From: Vicugna vicugna
Lineage: Eukaryota
Direction of reading: 5' to 3'
Assembly (NCBI GenBank): GCA_013265495.1
Contig: MU058844.1
Coordinates: 5,434,344 to 5,498,343 of the forward strand
Length of the DNA stretch: 64,000 nt
Shown: positions 40,441-53,300 of the stretch, one piece after another
Layout: every line of letters starts with the position of its first letter
Numbering within the stretch: the stretch's first letter is position 1
The notes under the pieces: model-generated
Databases searched by the model: none
Told to the model about the DNA's origin: nothing
What the model saw: the letters and a program-made list of their open reading frames with translations, nothing else
Program-made: the position numbers and the translations under genes

Positions 40441-42276
40441 TGATAGTGCCAGCATTATTGAAAAAGAATGGATGAGAATGTGCAAAATATAAATTTTTAA
40501 AAGTATTATGTTCTTTGACAGTGACTCTATGGGCATACACAGCAGATGAAGAAACATTTGTTTAAAGAAATCTGAAATTTGGCAAGAACTCTGACTCTTT
40601 GCTATTTGAAATAAGACCTGTGTCATCCCTATTCCTCCTAGCTTAGGGAGATATAAACTCCTCTCCAGATTAAAATAATCAGAAGCACAGGGCTCCCTCT
40701 CCCCCAAGATCCCAGTCAGAAGGCTATTTTCTCAGGAAAGCAGGACACCATAATTTCTCATTTCTCCCCTAGCTACTTCTTGCTGAGGCTAAGTTCCATG
40801 TGAATACAGCTTAGAGATGGGGTTTCCCTTCTTTTGCACATTCTTTATTCATGGAACGGAAGCTCTACCTTGGGTGCAACAATGCTGAATAAACTGGGGC
40901 CCCAGCCACCCCTGTTTCAGCTTTTGGGTGGAAGTTTCATGCTGGGCAAGGCAGAATTAGAAGACCTGTGGCTGCTGCCTCCCCATCTATCAAGTTCTCA
41001 GCTCCTAAAGTGAAAGCGTCACTCAGAGAATTAGGCTATTGTCCCCACCTTCAACCCCCTCAACATCAGAGTTATGGTTCAGAGATTTTGTCCCAGAGAA
41101 AGGAGCAGGATATAGAACAGAGACTTCAAATTCCTTTCAAGTGAACCTAATAAAAATTTGTAGAATACTCTACCCAACAGGAACAGAACACACAGTCTTC
41201 TCAAGAGCACATGGACTATTCTCCAAGAGAGACCATGTACTCAGCCAAAAAATCCACACTTCAATATATTTAAAAGCATATAAATAATTTTAAAAGTAGA
41301 TTGTCTGACAATAATAGAATGAACTCAAAACTCATGTATTAGAAATAAATTTGGGAAACTAACAAATATATGGGAATCAAACAACATATTCCCAAATAAC
41401 AGATAGGTCAAAGAAGAAATCACAGGTGAAATTAGAAAGTATTTTGGGATGGATGAAAATGAAGACACAGTACATCAAAACTTTGGGGATGTAGCTAAAG
41501 AAATGCTTAGAAGGAAATTTATAGATGTAAATGCCTATATTAAAAAAGAAGGAAGATATCAAATCAAAAACCTAAACTTCCACCTGCCATTAGAAAAAGA
41601 TGAGCAAATTAAATCTAAAGCTAGAAGAAAGATGGAAAGAATAAAGATTAGAGTATACCTGAATGAAATAAAAAATAGAAAAACAAGAAAAAATGAGTGA
41701 AACCAAAAGCCAGTTTTTGAAAAAAAATTTTTTTAATAATAAACTTATGGCTAGATTGACCAAGAAGCAAACAGAAAAGACAAATTCCTAGAATCAGAAA
41801 CAGAAGAGGGAAGACTACTCTGACTTTGCTGAAATAAAAAGGGTTATAGAAGAATACTCTGAATAATTGTATGCCAATAAATTGGACAACTTAGATAAAA
41901 CGAAAAAAAGTCTAGAAAATCAAGGAAACTAGAGAAATACACACACAATGAAGAACAAATGTTGAGAATTAAAAGAGGGCAAAAAGATGTTAACTTCACA
42001 ATGGAAAGTTTAAGAACAGTGCCAGGATTATGTAAGTATCGGATAGTAAAATCTTGATATTACTGATTACTTTGTGTTCACAAATGACTACAGTTCATCC
42101 CCTGATGTCATGAACATGTGGTTCTAGACAAAAGGAGTAAGTATTGATATACTATTGATGATTTGGCCAGAAGAGAAGTCATTCAATGTATTTTAGATGA
42201 AAAATATTTAACATTGAAAAAAACCCTCAACACAATATTTGGAAAAACTGAGGGATTGAAAATTGTGATGGAGTCA
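40441..42276 (+). pseudogene. Fossil exon P, split by an L1 insertion
   Basis: ctcttttccag acceptor; IVPALLKKNG*ECAKYKFLKVLCSLTVTLWAYTADEETFV*RNLKFGKNSDSLLFEI; resumes at 41920 SRKLEKYTHNEEQMLRIKRGQKDVNFTMESLRTVPGLCKYRIVKS*YY*LLCVHK*LQFIP*CHEHVVLDKRSKY*YTIDDLARREVIQCILDEKYLTLKKTLNTIFGKTEGLKIVMES|gtaaag. Confidence 0.65.
40620..41918 (+). mobile_element. Old L1M fragment (5' UTR-like piece fused to ORF2 endonuclease/linker region)
   Basis: CRILYPTGTEHTVFSRAHGLFSKRDHVL; ENEDTVHQNFGDVAKEMLRRKFIDVNAYIKK; ...LYANKLDNLDK. Confidence 0.8.
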
Positions 42277-42839
42277 GTAAAGTTTGAGGGAGTTAAGAGA
42301 AAATTTCTGTTCTCTCCTTTTCCACTTTCCAGGTCTTGAATATGTGCTTCTCATTGACAAATCTGAGTAGGAAAAATAGGAAATGGATTCTGAGAAGTGC
42401 ATGAGAGACTTTAGAATGTGGTAGTAGTGATCCCTTTGCCCCTCAAAAAAAAAGAACACTATTATGTAATACTTAACATTTCTATCTAACAGAACAGTTT
42501 AAAAGCCATATATATATGGAAATCCAAGTCTTCTAATGGAAGGATCATCATGTTCTATCACAGTTCCTTCTGTTGTGCTAACAAAATCCCCTGTGTTCTT
42601 TTTTAACAAAGAGTGAGATCTATACTTGTTTTGAGATTTGCTTCATTCTAGTTCTATTGATAAAATAAGTGTTAGACATATGCTATAAAGCTCTATTAGC
42701 ATTACTTTGCTTTTTTGAACATATTTTTCCTTCTCTATACAGCCGAATTCTTACTATCTTTTCCATAATGCTATCAAAAGATAATATAGTTTCATTTTTT
42801 AAAAATATAACTAAATTTATATATTGAAAAACTATATGG

Positions 42840-45116
42840 ATGATACCATTTGCAAATATTTTCTTCCATTCAATAGGTTGTTTTTTCTTTTTGTTGATAA
42901 TTTCCTTTGCTATGCCAAAGCTTTTAAGTTTGATTAGACCCCATTTGTTTATTTTTATTTTTGTTTCTTTTGCCTTAGGAGACACATACAGAAAGATACT
43001 GCTATGATTTAGATCATAGTGTTCTGCCTATGTTCTCTTCTAGAAGTTTTATGGGTTCAGGTCTTACTATTAGGTCTTTAATCCACTTTGAGTTAATTTT
43101 TTTATATGGCTTTACTGTTCTAATTATTCTGCTCTTGTAGCTGTCCAGTTTTCCCAGCACCACTTATTAAATAGATTGTTTTTTCTCCATTGTATATTCT
43201 TGACTCCTTTTCTATAGATTAACTAACCATAGGTGTGTGGGTTTATTTCCAGGCCCTCTGGCTCTTTATTATATTCTACTGGTCTACGTGTCTATTTTTG
43301 TGCCAGTACCATGCTGTTTTGATTACTGTTCCTTTGTAGTATAATCTGAAGTCTGGGAGTATGATACCTCTAGCTTTATTCTTTTTTCTCAAGATTACTT
43401 TAGCAATTCAGAGTTTTGTGGTTCCATGTAAATTTCAGGATTATTTACTCTTATGAAAAATATCATGGGTATTTTGATGGTGATTGCATTAAATCTATAG
43501 ACTGCTTGTGGTAGTCTAGCTATTTTAGCAATATTAATTCTTTTGATCCAAGGGCACAGGATTTCTTTTCATTTCTTTGTATTATCTTCAACTTCCTTCA
43601 TCAGTGTTTTATAGATTTCAGAGTATAGGCCTTCGACCTCCTTAGTTAAGTTTATTCTTGGTATTTTATTCTTTTGGATGCAACTTTAAATATAATTTTT
43701 TAACTTTCTTTGATGATAGTTTTTATTATGAATGAATATTGAATTTTTTCAAATACCTTTTCTGTGTCTATTGAGATAATCTTATAATTTTTATCCTTCC
43801 TTTTATTAATGTGGTGTATCACACTGATTTTGAATGTTAAACCATCCTCATGTCCCTAGAATAAAATTCCACTTGATCATGGTGTATAATCCTTTTTATA
43901 TATTGTTGGATTCAGTTTCCTAATATATAAACAGCTCATACAACACAATATCAAAAAAATAAAATAAAAAATTAGGTAGAATTGAGATTTGGAAATGTTA
44001 ACCACTATATATAAAAATAGACTTAAAAAACAAGTTTCTTCTGTATAGCACAGGGAACTATAATCAATATCTTTCAATAACCTCTAATAAAAAAGAATAT
44101 GAAAATAAAAAAATTAAAAATAAAAATAAACATAGTGTAGGGATTGCTGCAAAAAAAAAAATTAGGCAGATGAATAGATGTTTTTCCAAAGAAGGCATAC
44201 AGATGGCTAACAGGCACATGAAAAGTTGTTCAGCATCACTAATTATTAGAGAAATGCATATCAAAACAATGAGATACCACCTCACCCCTAAAGGATAGCT
44301 ATCATTAAAAAGTCTACAAATAACAAATGTTGGAGAAAATGTAGAGAAGAGTGAACACTTTTATACTGCTGATGGGAATGTAAATTGGTGTAGTCCTCTG
44401 GAAACAGTATAGAGGTTTCTAGAGAAAACCAGAACTAGAACTACTATATGATCCAGCAATTCCACTCCTGGGTATGTATCTGAAAAAAAAAAAAAAAACA
44501 GAAACATTAATTGGTAAAGATACACACACATCAATATTCATCATAGTACTATTTACAGTAGACTAGATATGGAAGCAACCCAAATGCTCATCAACTACAT
44601 AAAGAGGATGTAGTGTATATTCATATCTATATCTATGTCTATCTCTGTCATTATAGATATTGGTGATATAGATACAGATGATGGAATATTTCTCAGCCAT
44701 AATATAAAAGAATAAAATTCTACCATTGACAGAAACATGGATGGACTTAGAGAATATTATTCTTAGTGAAATAAGTCAAAGAGTGAAAGATAAACACTAT
44801 GATATCACTTATTTGTGAAATCTAAAAAATAATATAAACAGATATTTAAGTGAAACAGAAACAGATTAACACAAATAGAAGATAAACTAGTGGTTATAGC
44901 AGGAAGAGGGAAAGAGGGAGGGCAAATTAAGGGTATGGGATTGAGATAAACAAACTACTATATATAAAATAGATAAGCAACAAGTATAACATGGAAGTAT
45001 AGCCCATTATCTTTCAATAACTTTTAATGGATTATAATCTGTAAAAATAATGAATCTCACTGTTACACACTTGAAACTAATATAATATTGTAAATCAACT
45101 ACAGTTCAATAAAAAA
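42840..45116 (+). mobile_element. Artiodactyl-type L1, 5'-truncated with 5' inversion
   Basis: 42840-43920 antisense ORF2; 43920-45116 sense ORF2 C-terminus and 3' UTR ending caactacagttcaataaaaaa. Confidence 0.9.
43966..44170 (+). mobile_element. Young L1 3' UTR fragment nested in the older L1
   Basis: TSD aaaaaattaggtaga (43966-43980) / aaaaaattaggcaga (44156-44170); contains ctgtatagcacagggaactat. Confidence 0.8.
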
Positions 45117-45196
45117 TCTACGTATATGTGTATATGTGATTTTTGTCTCTGAATTAGTTATTACTAACTTTTGACAACATTCTCTTTGCTGTTTAG

Positions 45197-45405
45197 CAAT
45201 TAAGCTGTAAACATCTAAAAAGTTAAAAAGGCCATGTATTCACTTCCCACTTAAGAAAGTGCAGATAAGTAAATAATTTGGATTACCAAGAAAAGTTGGA
45301 AAAGCTGTTTGAAATTTATATTGGCAATTAATTTTTTATTATGATCAAATTTGCTAAAGGGTTATATGATATTGAGCATCTGTGATTATTTGAATTTTGG
45401 AGTTT
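45197..45405 (+). pseudogene. Fossil exon Q
   Basis: tctctttgctgtttag acceptor; QLSCKHLKS*KGHVFTSHLRKCR*VNNLDYQEKLEKLFEIYIGN*FFIMIKFAKGLYDIEHL*LFEFWS; phase 0 to 2. Confidence 0.5.
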
Positions 45406-45890
45406 GTATATCTACTTCTTAAAATATATTTAAACTAAAAGCATAAATGTATCTTATTATGTATTGTATTTAAACATATTCATAAAAGCATGCTTTTTAA
45501 TGACAAATTCATTAATATTCTTTTTTTTCAAAATTTGTTTTGGAACCTTAGTAATTTTATTTCATTTTATATACCATTTTTTCATTCATCTTCCAGTGTA
45601 TATAAAAGCCTAGTAATTGAAAATATCAATGCACAGAGTAAATTTTAATAATGAAAATACTAGGGGAGAAACATGTTTCATTCAACAAAGCAGATGTAGT
45701 AAATTGAAGATCATGATTTGATCCTATTAATAATAGCTATAAATTATAAAAGTGACTAATTAGTGTCCTCTGAAAAGTAAAATAACAACTTATATTTTAG
45801 AAGAACACAAAATACCATGCATCAAAAATACTACCACAAAATATTATTTGGGCACAAAAATACTATTCTGGTACCTTATTTAATTTCCAG

Positions 45891-45984
45891 GTCCTGGATA
45901 TATTCTGACCAATTTCTATTTGACCTAAAGAAGGTTGTAGTAAATGTAAGCTCCAATTTGCTGAATGTGCTATTTGCTATTAAA
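45891..45984 (+). pseudogene. Fossil exon R (stop-free)
   Basis: ccttatttaatttccag acceptor; SWIYSDQFLFDLKKVVVNVSSNLLNVLFAIK; AAA|gtaaaa; phase 2 to 0. Confidence 0.55.
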
Positions 45985-46245
45985 GTAAAACATACTTTAA
46001 ATTATTTTATTAAATTGGATTGCAAATTCAATTCCTTTTAAAACAGGAATTGTTCCTAATAAAAATGATTTTTGAGTATGAAGTTACCTCTCCATCCTTG
46101 TTTTGCAAAGATTATGGGCAGCTTTTAATAAAACTGCTAACACCTCTATCCCTATAATATTATATACTCAAGAGAAAGAGATACAAAGTAAAAATGTGCA
46201 ACATATTTTACTCAATTGGCTATAAACTCTCTGATGCATTTCCAG

Positions 46246-46431
46246 GTGCTGAAAATAGGCTTCCTTGATGCATTTCAGGAATAAATCCTTTGTATCTGAT
46301 TAAAATGCAGATAAGCATCATAAACTATTGTAATTTGAAAGGACTGAACTCATGCTGCAATCTGCCTCCATCTGCTTTCAGGTGTAAAGCAGGAGGGAGT
46401 TTTGATGAAAGTATCACTGACTCCAACTGAG
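46246..46431 (+). pseudogene. Fossil exon S
   Basis: catttccag acceptor; 186 nt; VLKIGFLDAFQE*...THAAICLHLLSGVKQEGVLMKVSLTPTE; GAG|gttaaa. An alternative frame has fewer stops. Confidence 0.5.
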
Positions 46432-47325
46432 GTTAAAATTCAGAAAATTAAACATGCCAGTCTGATCTTCCCAATATTTTTGTATCTGCATTTATGTTAT
46501 TTTGTTATGTGCCTGTGTAGGTTTAGAACATCTGCATAATCATATCACTGTTTATTATGACAAAGTGTGTTAAAATTTTTTTTTCACAAATATGGTGCCA
46601 TACATGTATGGGGGAAAGAAACAGCTAAAATTACTGGCAGAGTTTTGAAAGAGCTTTGGAATTAAATTGACTGCCATGGGCTCATTTCTTCAATAAAGTG
46701 TTTACCTCTTCCAACATTTTTCAGCAAATATGAGAGCAGTAAAATGAAGCCATACCTACTGAGCAGGAACCAGTTAAATAGCAGATGCTCAGCTGAAAGT
46801 CATTGCTGCTGGGGTGGGAGCAGAGAGAAAGGGGCTTTGGAAAAGATGCACTTAGGTATGAAACCTAAGTCTTCTGCCTAATAATTGTGTGGTTCATGGG
46901 AATTCTTAAATTTTCTCTGAGCTTCAACTTTATCTTTGATAGATCATGATACTTACACATCTGTCGGGTTTATGAGAGGATCGTGGTTAGAAATCACCTA
47001 GTGGAGTGTCTGTATGCTGCTGGTGTGAAATGCATGATGGCCTGTTTTCACTCTGGTTGTTATCTACAGCTGTTCTGTAGACCTTTGTTAAAGGTAATGA
47101 GAACGAGGCATCATCAGTATTCAGCAGTGTTCACTGAGCTTATTCCGATGCTTCTAAAAGTCCTCTGTAGTAATTTTCACATTTCGTATCTTTTGTCTTC
47201 ACATGAATAATAAAATACAGAAGCATATTCTGAATCATTAAATAACTGTCTAATATTAGGGCCTGGACTTTTGTTTGTGCTTAGAAACATTTTAGTTCCA
47301 AGTAGTGTTATTTTCAAATGTGCAG

Positions 47326-47562
47326 GCTATTTGGAAGATTATGGAGATGGTCTTCACGATGCCTTACAGAGAAGTGACAGTGATCGCATGGTATGCTATA
47401 GATTGGATAAAGGTTTCATAGGTGAAGGAAGCTGAGAATAGGGCCATCACGTGATCTACTGGAGTGTGAAGAGGCCAGTCCCATAAGAAAAGGAACCATT
47501 GCCATCAGTACCATCGACCCAATGAAAATGGCACTTTAACTTCAGACCAAATCATCATTTAG
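47326..47562 (+). pseudogene. Fossil probable terminal coding exon T
   Basis: ttattttcaaatgtgcag acceptor; AIWKIMEMVFTMPYREVTVIAWYAIDWIKVS*VKEAENRAIT*...; CpGs retained; followed by AT-rich UTR-like DNA with AATAAA near 47802 and 47886. Confidence 0.55.
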
Positions 47563-47949
47563 CATATTTAATTAATGCCATTTGTGTTAATATTACAATT
47601 TTGCAAAATATAAATTTATTCAAAGATCATTTTGCATTTCATGTTATATAGAAGCCATAATCATAAGAAAAGTAAAAAAAAACCTAGTTTTACACATTAT
47701 ATATATCTAAATAATGTTTAAATGAAAATTAACTCTAGAAGCATGAAAGAATTTTGCATTAGAATCATTTTTCTAGTTCTGCAGATAAACTGAAATGCAT
47801 TAATAAATGATTTTGAACAATTAAAAACAGCTATCTCTTTGAAAGAAAGAAAAAGTCCCATTTTATACTATATATGAGGCTTAAAAATAAAGCAATATTA
47901 AAATACAGCACAAGAATATATATCTACAGTACAGATTATATAATATTAA

Positions 47950-48700
47950 ATTTGTATTAGGTAAAAAAAATTTAAGCAAAGACAAATAACAGATGAAAGA
48001 CTAAAATTGAGTAAACTGTACTTAATTGCCTTTGGTAGATCAAAAATTGTCACAAATTGACTAATACATATAGTTTGACCTAATATTTGTGATATTTATC
48101 ACATAAGGATTTAATATTTCCACTTTATACCCAAAATTATACATGTTAATGAAATGGCGAAAATGACCATAACAAAAACCAGTAAGGAATATAATGAGGA
48201 AATTCACAGAAAAGAAAAAGCAAATGGTCTTCTAACGAAAATGGGTTCCACTGCACTAGATGTCAAGGACAAGATGATTGAAACAATGAGATCTTTTAAA
48301 AAAAAATCGGGTTGACAGAAATCTGAAAGATTGATCGTATTCAGTGTAGCCAAGGATGTCTGAGAACCACAACTTCCATCCAGTGGAACTGGACATTACT
48401 CCAAGCTTTGTGGAATTTGTCCAGCAGCATTTTTAGACATTGAAGTGCACATAGCCACTGAACCAGTATCTCATCTGGGCTTTTATCCAGTAGAAATTGA
48501 AGTGTCGTTGCATATAAATAATGTACTGCAAGGAGTTTTACTGTATTTTACTTGAAATAAAATAAATAAAAGCAAAAGCAATCTCAGTATCTATCAGTAG
48601 GAAATAGTGAATAAATCATGATGAATCAGTCTCAGAGGTTAGCTTCTATATGTTTATTTTGAGAAAAATTTATTGTCCAGTGAGCAAAGCATAGAATAAT
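47950..48700 (+). mobile_element. Very old L1ME 3' region
   Basis: aggaaattcacagaaaagaaaaagcaaatgg...gaaacaatgagat...aaaagcaatctcagtatctatcagtaggaaatag. Confidence 0.6.
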
Positions 48701-51700
48701 GTTTTGCTATAATTTTTTAAAAAAACTTATGCTTATATAAAAACCTTGAAAATATATCTTCCAAATTGTTACTATGTTTAGTAAGAAATGGGATTTTGGT
48801 AGAAGAAGATGATAATTTTAATATACTTGATACTTTTGTGTTGTTGACCTGGGTACAATGTGCAGTATTACTGGAAATAAATATATACATCAATTTAAGA
48901 ATATGAAAGAAAAATTGCAAAGAACTTCCTTCTTTTACGTGTCTTTATTGTTCAATTTATCTGTATTAAAATTTTTCTAAGATTGTGAATGCTGAGTCAA
49001 AGAAGACACAATTAAATGTTTAATCATATGGCCAAATTCCATTAAAAATATTTTACCATTCTGTAATGTAATTCCTATTGGCAGAATTAACAAATGTAGC
49101 CTCAACAGCAGTCCTCATTATATTCCTTTACTTTTTTTCCCCTAATCTAATAGGCAACACTTTATTCCTCTGTGTCTTGTTTGTATTTCACATACTTGAC
49201 AAATACATAACACTCAACCCATGAATAGATATCCATTGGATTATTAGTGAGATTTAAATTATTTCATGGAATTTTTGAGTTGTATATTTCTTCCTTTTGA
49301 TTATAACATGTATCAAGTTATCTACTGAGAATTTTTGATTTGTATTCTTTAAATATCTGAAAATAATACACATTGAACTTGTACTGCTATTTCATTTGTA
49401 ATATAAGGTAAAGGGAGAGACTGAAAGCTAGCTGCTAAATAATTTTGAGTGATTTCTGAATATTAAAGATTGCATAGAATTAAGAAAGTTGAGATTCTTC
49501 TAGGAATATAATAGACATTGCATTTTAAAATATATTTTTCACATTGGAGAGCAATAAACAATTTTATGGAAATAATTTATTTTTTATTGATTTTTATTCT
49601 TAATATTTTGAACTATTCATGAAGGATAATTGAATTCATGTGCAGAATATATTTTCACAGAAAGACTGCTTAAATAAGCTAAAACTGCTAACAAAATGAA
49701 ATAAAGGAATAGTTAAACTTTTTAGACTGTTTAAATACAGTATTAAACTTAAAAATGCAAAGCTTGAAGGCCAGTGTTAGTATTTATTAGCAGATGTGTT
49801 GACCCTGATAAATAGAGTTCAGATTTTGGTTATTCAGTGGCAGATGCCATCACTGAAATGAAGAAAGAGCTACAATAAAGAGCTCAGACTGAAAGGAGTT
49901 TTGCCTTTAAAATGGGTTACTGCTGCCAGTGATTACTTTTGTTATTGAGAGAAAAGTCACTGAATATTTCATTTGCTTTCTTTTCAGTAGACGTTTTTGA
50001 TAGCCTGAGTGAGTGTCCCTTTATGGGAAACTCATTTCCTCAAAACTCATTTTAAAGTAAATCCAAGAGATCTGAAGTCCCCAAGGGTCTTTTACTTTGT
50101 TCTCTAGTTTCTTAGTATTTCATGTGAAATATGTAGTCCTGAAGGCATAATGCTATTTAAAACACAAATTTTCTGAAAACTTCTCAGAGAGGAAATATTC
50201 TGATTTTGATTTTCTAAAATTTTATATGAAAGAGGTCATTGCTTCTTTGAAATAGTTTGTGTGAGCCAGAGGCAATTTAATACAATTTTAATGTCCTTAT
50301 TTTCCCTTTTATATTCTTGCCCAGTTTGAGCCATTTTCTTATCTGTGTTTAAACGTGCCAAGAGAAGTAGTATGTTATTATTTATGTAGTTTTTAACTGT
50401 AAAAAAGTTCTAAGCTTGAAATACCTCATTTTAATTGACTTGCTTGGTTAATATGAAAAAAATTGGACTGCTGTTGAGGTTACATTTGTTAATTCTACCA
50501 TCACCAGGTATGGTCAGGGAACCGTTTGGTCTGTGTAAACCTCGGTGTCCTTAGGACTTCATTTCTCCATTCATAAGCTAAACATAATTGAATCCGCCCT
50601 TTAGGTATCACAATGGTGGAGAATACTTGACTAGACTGTCGTGTCAGATGATTGCTTTAGTGCATAGTAAATATTTAGATATTAACAAAGTTACCTTCTG
50701 GGATGAAAGATTGGAGAGAAGTTTAATTCACTATACTTTTTATTAACCAATAACTAACAGGAAAACAAGATTAAAATACTCCAAATCCTACCATTCTGTC
50801 AAATCAGCTACAGTGACATTTCTGTTCCCTTCCAACTGTTTTCCAGTTGAATTCATGAATTTTACATATTTGTAATCAGAGTATAGGCACAATTGGATTT
50901 CATTCAATCTTGAAGCCAAACAGATTGGCCCCAAACAGCATTGTTTGTGACTCTGGGGTCCTAACATAAACCATAATAAGTTCTCATTGACTCTGCTTCA
51001 CCTAATGCTGAAGTATTTTGTTGAAATATTGAATTGTTAAAGAGTATTACTCATCATTTCACACTGAGTTATAAAATTCACAAAAATATAAACTGTTTCA
51101 TGAAGACTCTTATTTCTATCCACAGATGCAAGATTTTTCTTACTCATGAAAATTTGAAAATATTATATATGGTCTTTGTATGTATATATTAATCTTATAA
51201 CTAACAATAAGGCTCTCTGAGTACATCTCAGATAAACAAAATCAAATACATATATACTGGGTTATGGAAAGACCTTAATGAATGTGCATTACAATGACCT
51301 GAGAACTTGAGGATGTGAGCAAAAACTCCTACTTTTTGTAGATACTTATCCCAGAAAATCTATTAAGACATTGACCGTATCTTTTCCTATTAATGAAAGG
51401 CAGGGCAGAAGACATCAGCCTGAGTTAACTACTAATTAAAAATCATTACTATGGATATATTAGGCCAGCTTTCTAGAAGGTGAGCACAGTTTTATCTAGG
51501 CAACACAGCACATCCACATATCTTGCTTACAACTTGGCTTAATTTGTAGTTGTGTATTTTTTAACATCAGAAAAATTCTTTAAGATTAGAAAAGAATGTG
51601 AATGATCATGTGTGGCTTTTCTATGTAATTCAACAGCTAGTATATTTCTCCAGAAATATTTATTCATAACAGATATATTTGAAGTAAAACCTCCTGAGGG

Positions 51701-51869
51701 GCAACCAATTAGAGAGAGTAATTCTTCTAGATCTATGACTGAAGTGAAGACATATTTCAACAATCATTAGTATACTATTTGAGCGGATCAGCCCAGACCA
51801 CTTATAAGAAGATTAGATTAGCATTGAGGAGAGAAGCAGTGCAGAGAATTCAGAAGGCTGTGTGGTACA

Positions 51870-52350
51870 TCTTGGTTTGGTAGTTAGCTTTCAGTTGCAG
51901 GAAACAGTTGCTGAAGCAATTCGTGGCAGAAACAGATTTTATATGAGAAGTTAGATGCTTACCCATGACTTACAGGGCCCCTAGGCTTAACACTCAGAAC
52001 CACTGCATGAAGAACTAGCTTGGCAGGGAGCTGCTCTCCCTGTTTGACTTTAAGGGAAGACCACTGTGGCTAGGTCCCAAGGGCTTGGAAGTCACTGATG
52101 CATCAGCTTCCTCTCAAGAACCGCACAGTGAGTAGACACGGGCCTCCTTTGCAGAAAACCCCAACAATTCTGTGCTTTTCTGCAGTAAAAGCTAAAGCAA
52201 AAGAGGAACCATCTCTCCGTACTTCTGCCTTCTAGATCTCACACTATGCATTCTAATGTCAGTATCTAATGCAAACTTAGAAACCTAAGTAAAAGAGAGT
52301 ATTGGGAAATAGTTTTGTTTTCTAGCCTCCAGAAACAATGCAAATAGTGC
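51870..52350 (-). mobile_element. Old MaLR/ERVL LTR remnant
   Basis: tagttagctttcagttgcaggaaacag start and ttgggaaatagttttgttttctagcctccag end resemble late MLT1 LTRs. Confidence 0.45.
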
Positions 52351-52894
52351 TAAGTGCCAATCCACTATTCCTGGCAAACTTGGTGTACTTTTAATTCTTT
52401 ATGAAATCTGAATATATACCAGGTAGGTTAATGATATGTCCTGGGTTGCTTGGAGCAGTACTGAGATGTGTCTGTCATTCCACCATAATTATAAATTGTG
52501 CCCCCTTTTACTCTTAATGAGTTCTGGTTTGGAAGATAAACTCCATATGCACTTTACCTTTATATCTGTATATCTTACCCTTCAGGGTACAATAAGGAAA
52601 GAGGGAAATGCCAGCTAACTGGTCCACATCTTATTCTTCAACACCCAAAACAAGACTGTGAAGGAATTGTTAGCATTTTAGCTTAGCAAAGATGTAAGAC
52701 TTGGAGATGATAATAACTAGCCCATCATGGTCACACAGAAAATAAGAGATAAAGTGGGAGTGATTTTAAATTTAAGCCTGTCCAACTTCCAAGGACGTGA
52801 TTATTGGTTAATTATGTGGCTGTTAACTATAATCAATTCTGTACTGATAACTGTTGTTTCTGTCAAATTTATCATGGACTTTAAGCATTTTATT

Positions 52895-53300
52895 TTCATG
52901 CATTATTCATTAATTAATTCTACAAGTACTATTTGAGCACCTACTCTGAGCCAAACATTGATCTGTGCCCTAGGAATATAGTGATAGACCAAACAGACAA
53001 AAATTCTTACCCCTATGAAGCCTACTATCTAGAGAGAGGACATCTATTAAAAAAAAAAAGACTAAATGTATCAAATGATAAAAAGTGCTAAAGAGGAAAA
53101 TACAGCAGATAGGCATGATAGGGGAAGCTGAGGGTGGGGTTGCTATTTAAATTGGGACAGTCACTGATAAAATACAGTTTCATTAGATAATGAAATAGTC
53201 AAGTTATCATGAAGGTATCTGTACAAGAACAATTAAGGCTAAAGCATGCATATTGTGGCAAGAATGAGTTTGGAGAGTCTGAAGGAGAGCAAGGAGGTCA
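52895..53300 (-). mobile_element. L2 3' end
   Basis: attcattaattaattc...tatttgagcacctactctgagccaaacattg...aaacagacaaaaattcttaccc. Confidence 0.8.

Larger units (their letters stand above)
1..47562 (+). pseudogene. Decayed multi-exon (unprocessed) pseudogene of a very large unidentified protein; 5' part lies outside the window
   Basis: About 20 non-repeat segments bounded by polypyrimidine-AG and mostly GT. They translate to protein-like text with scattered stops and frameshifts. 16 of 19 junctions are phase-compatible in hand-chosen frames. Confidence 0.7.

Noticed and set aside
40297..40707. 136-aa minus ORF, and similar minus ORFs at 575-775, 9515-9754, 10210-10449, 10697-10921, 31769-31960
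   Set aside because: They overlie the + strand fossil exons and read as antisense shadows; splice signals support the + strand.
42032..42143. Two gtaagt motifs suggesting a short intron and a small exon
   Set aside because: The implied intron is only about 62 nt and the frame reads straight through; kept as one exon.
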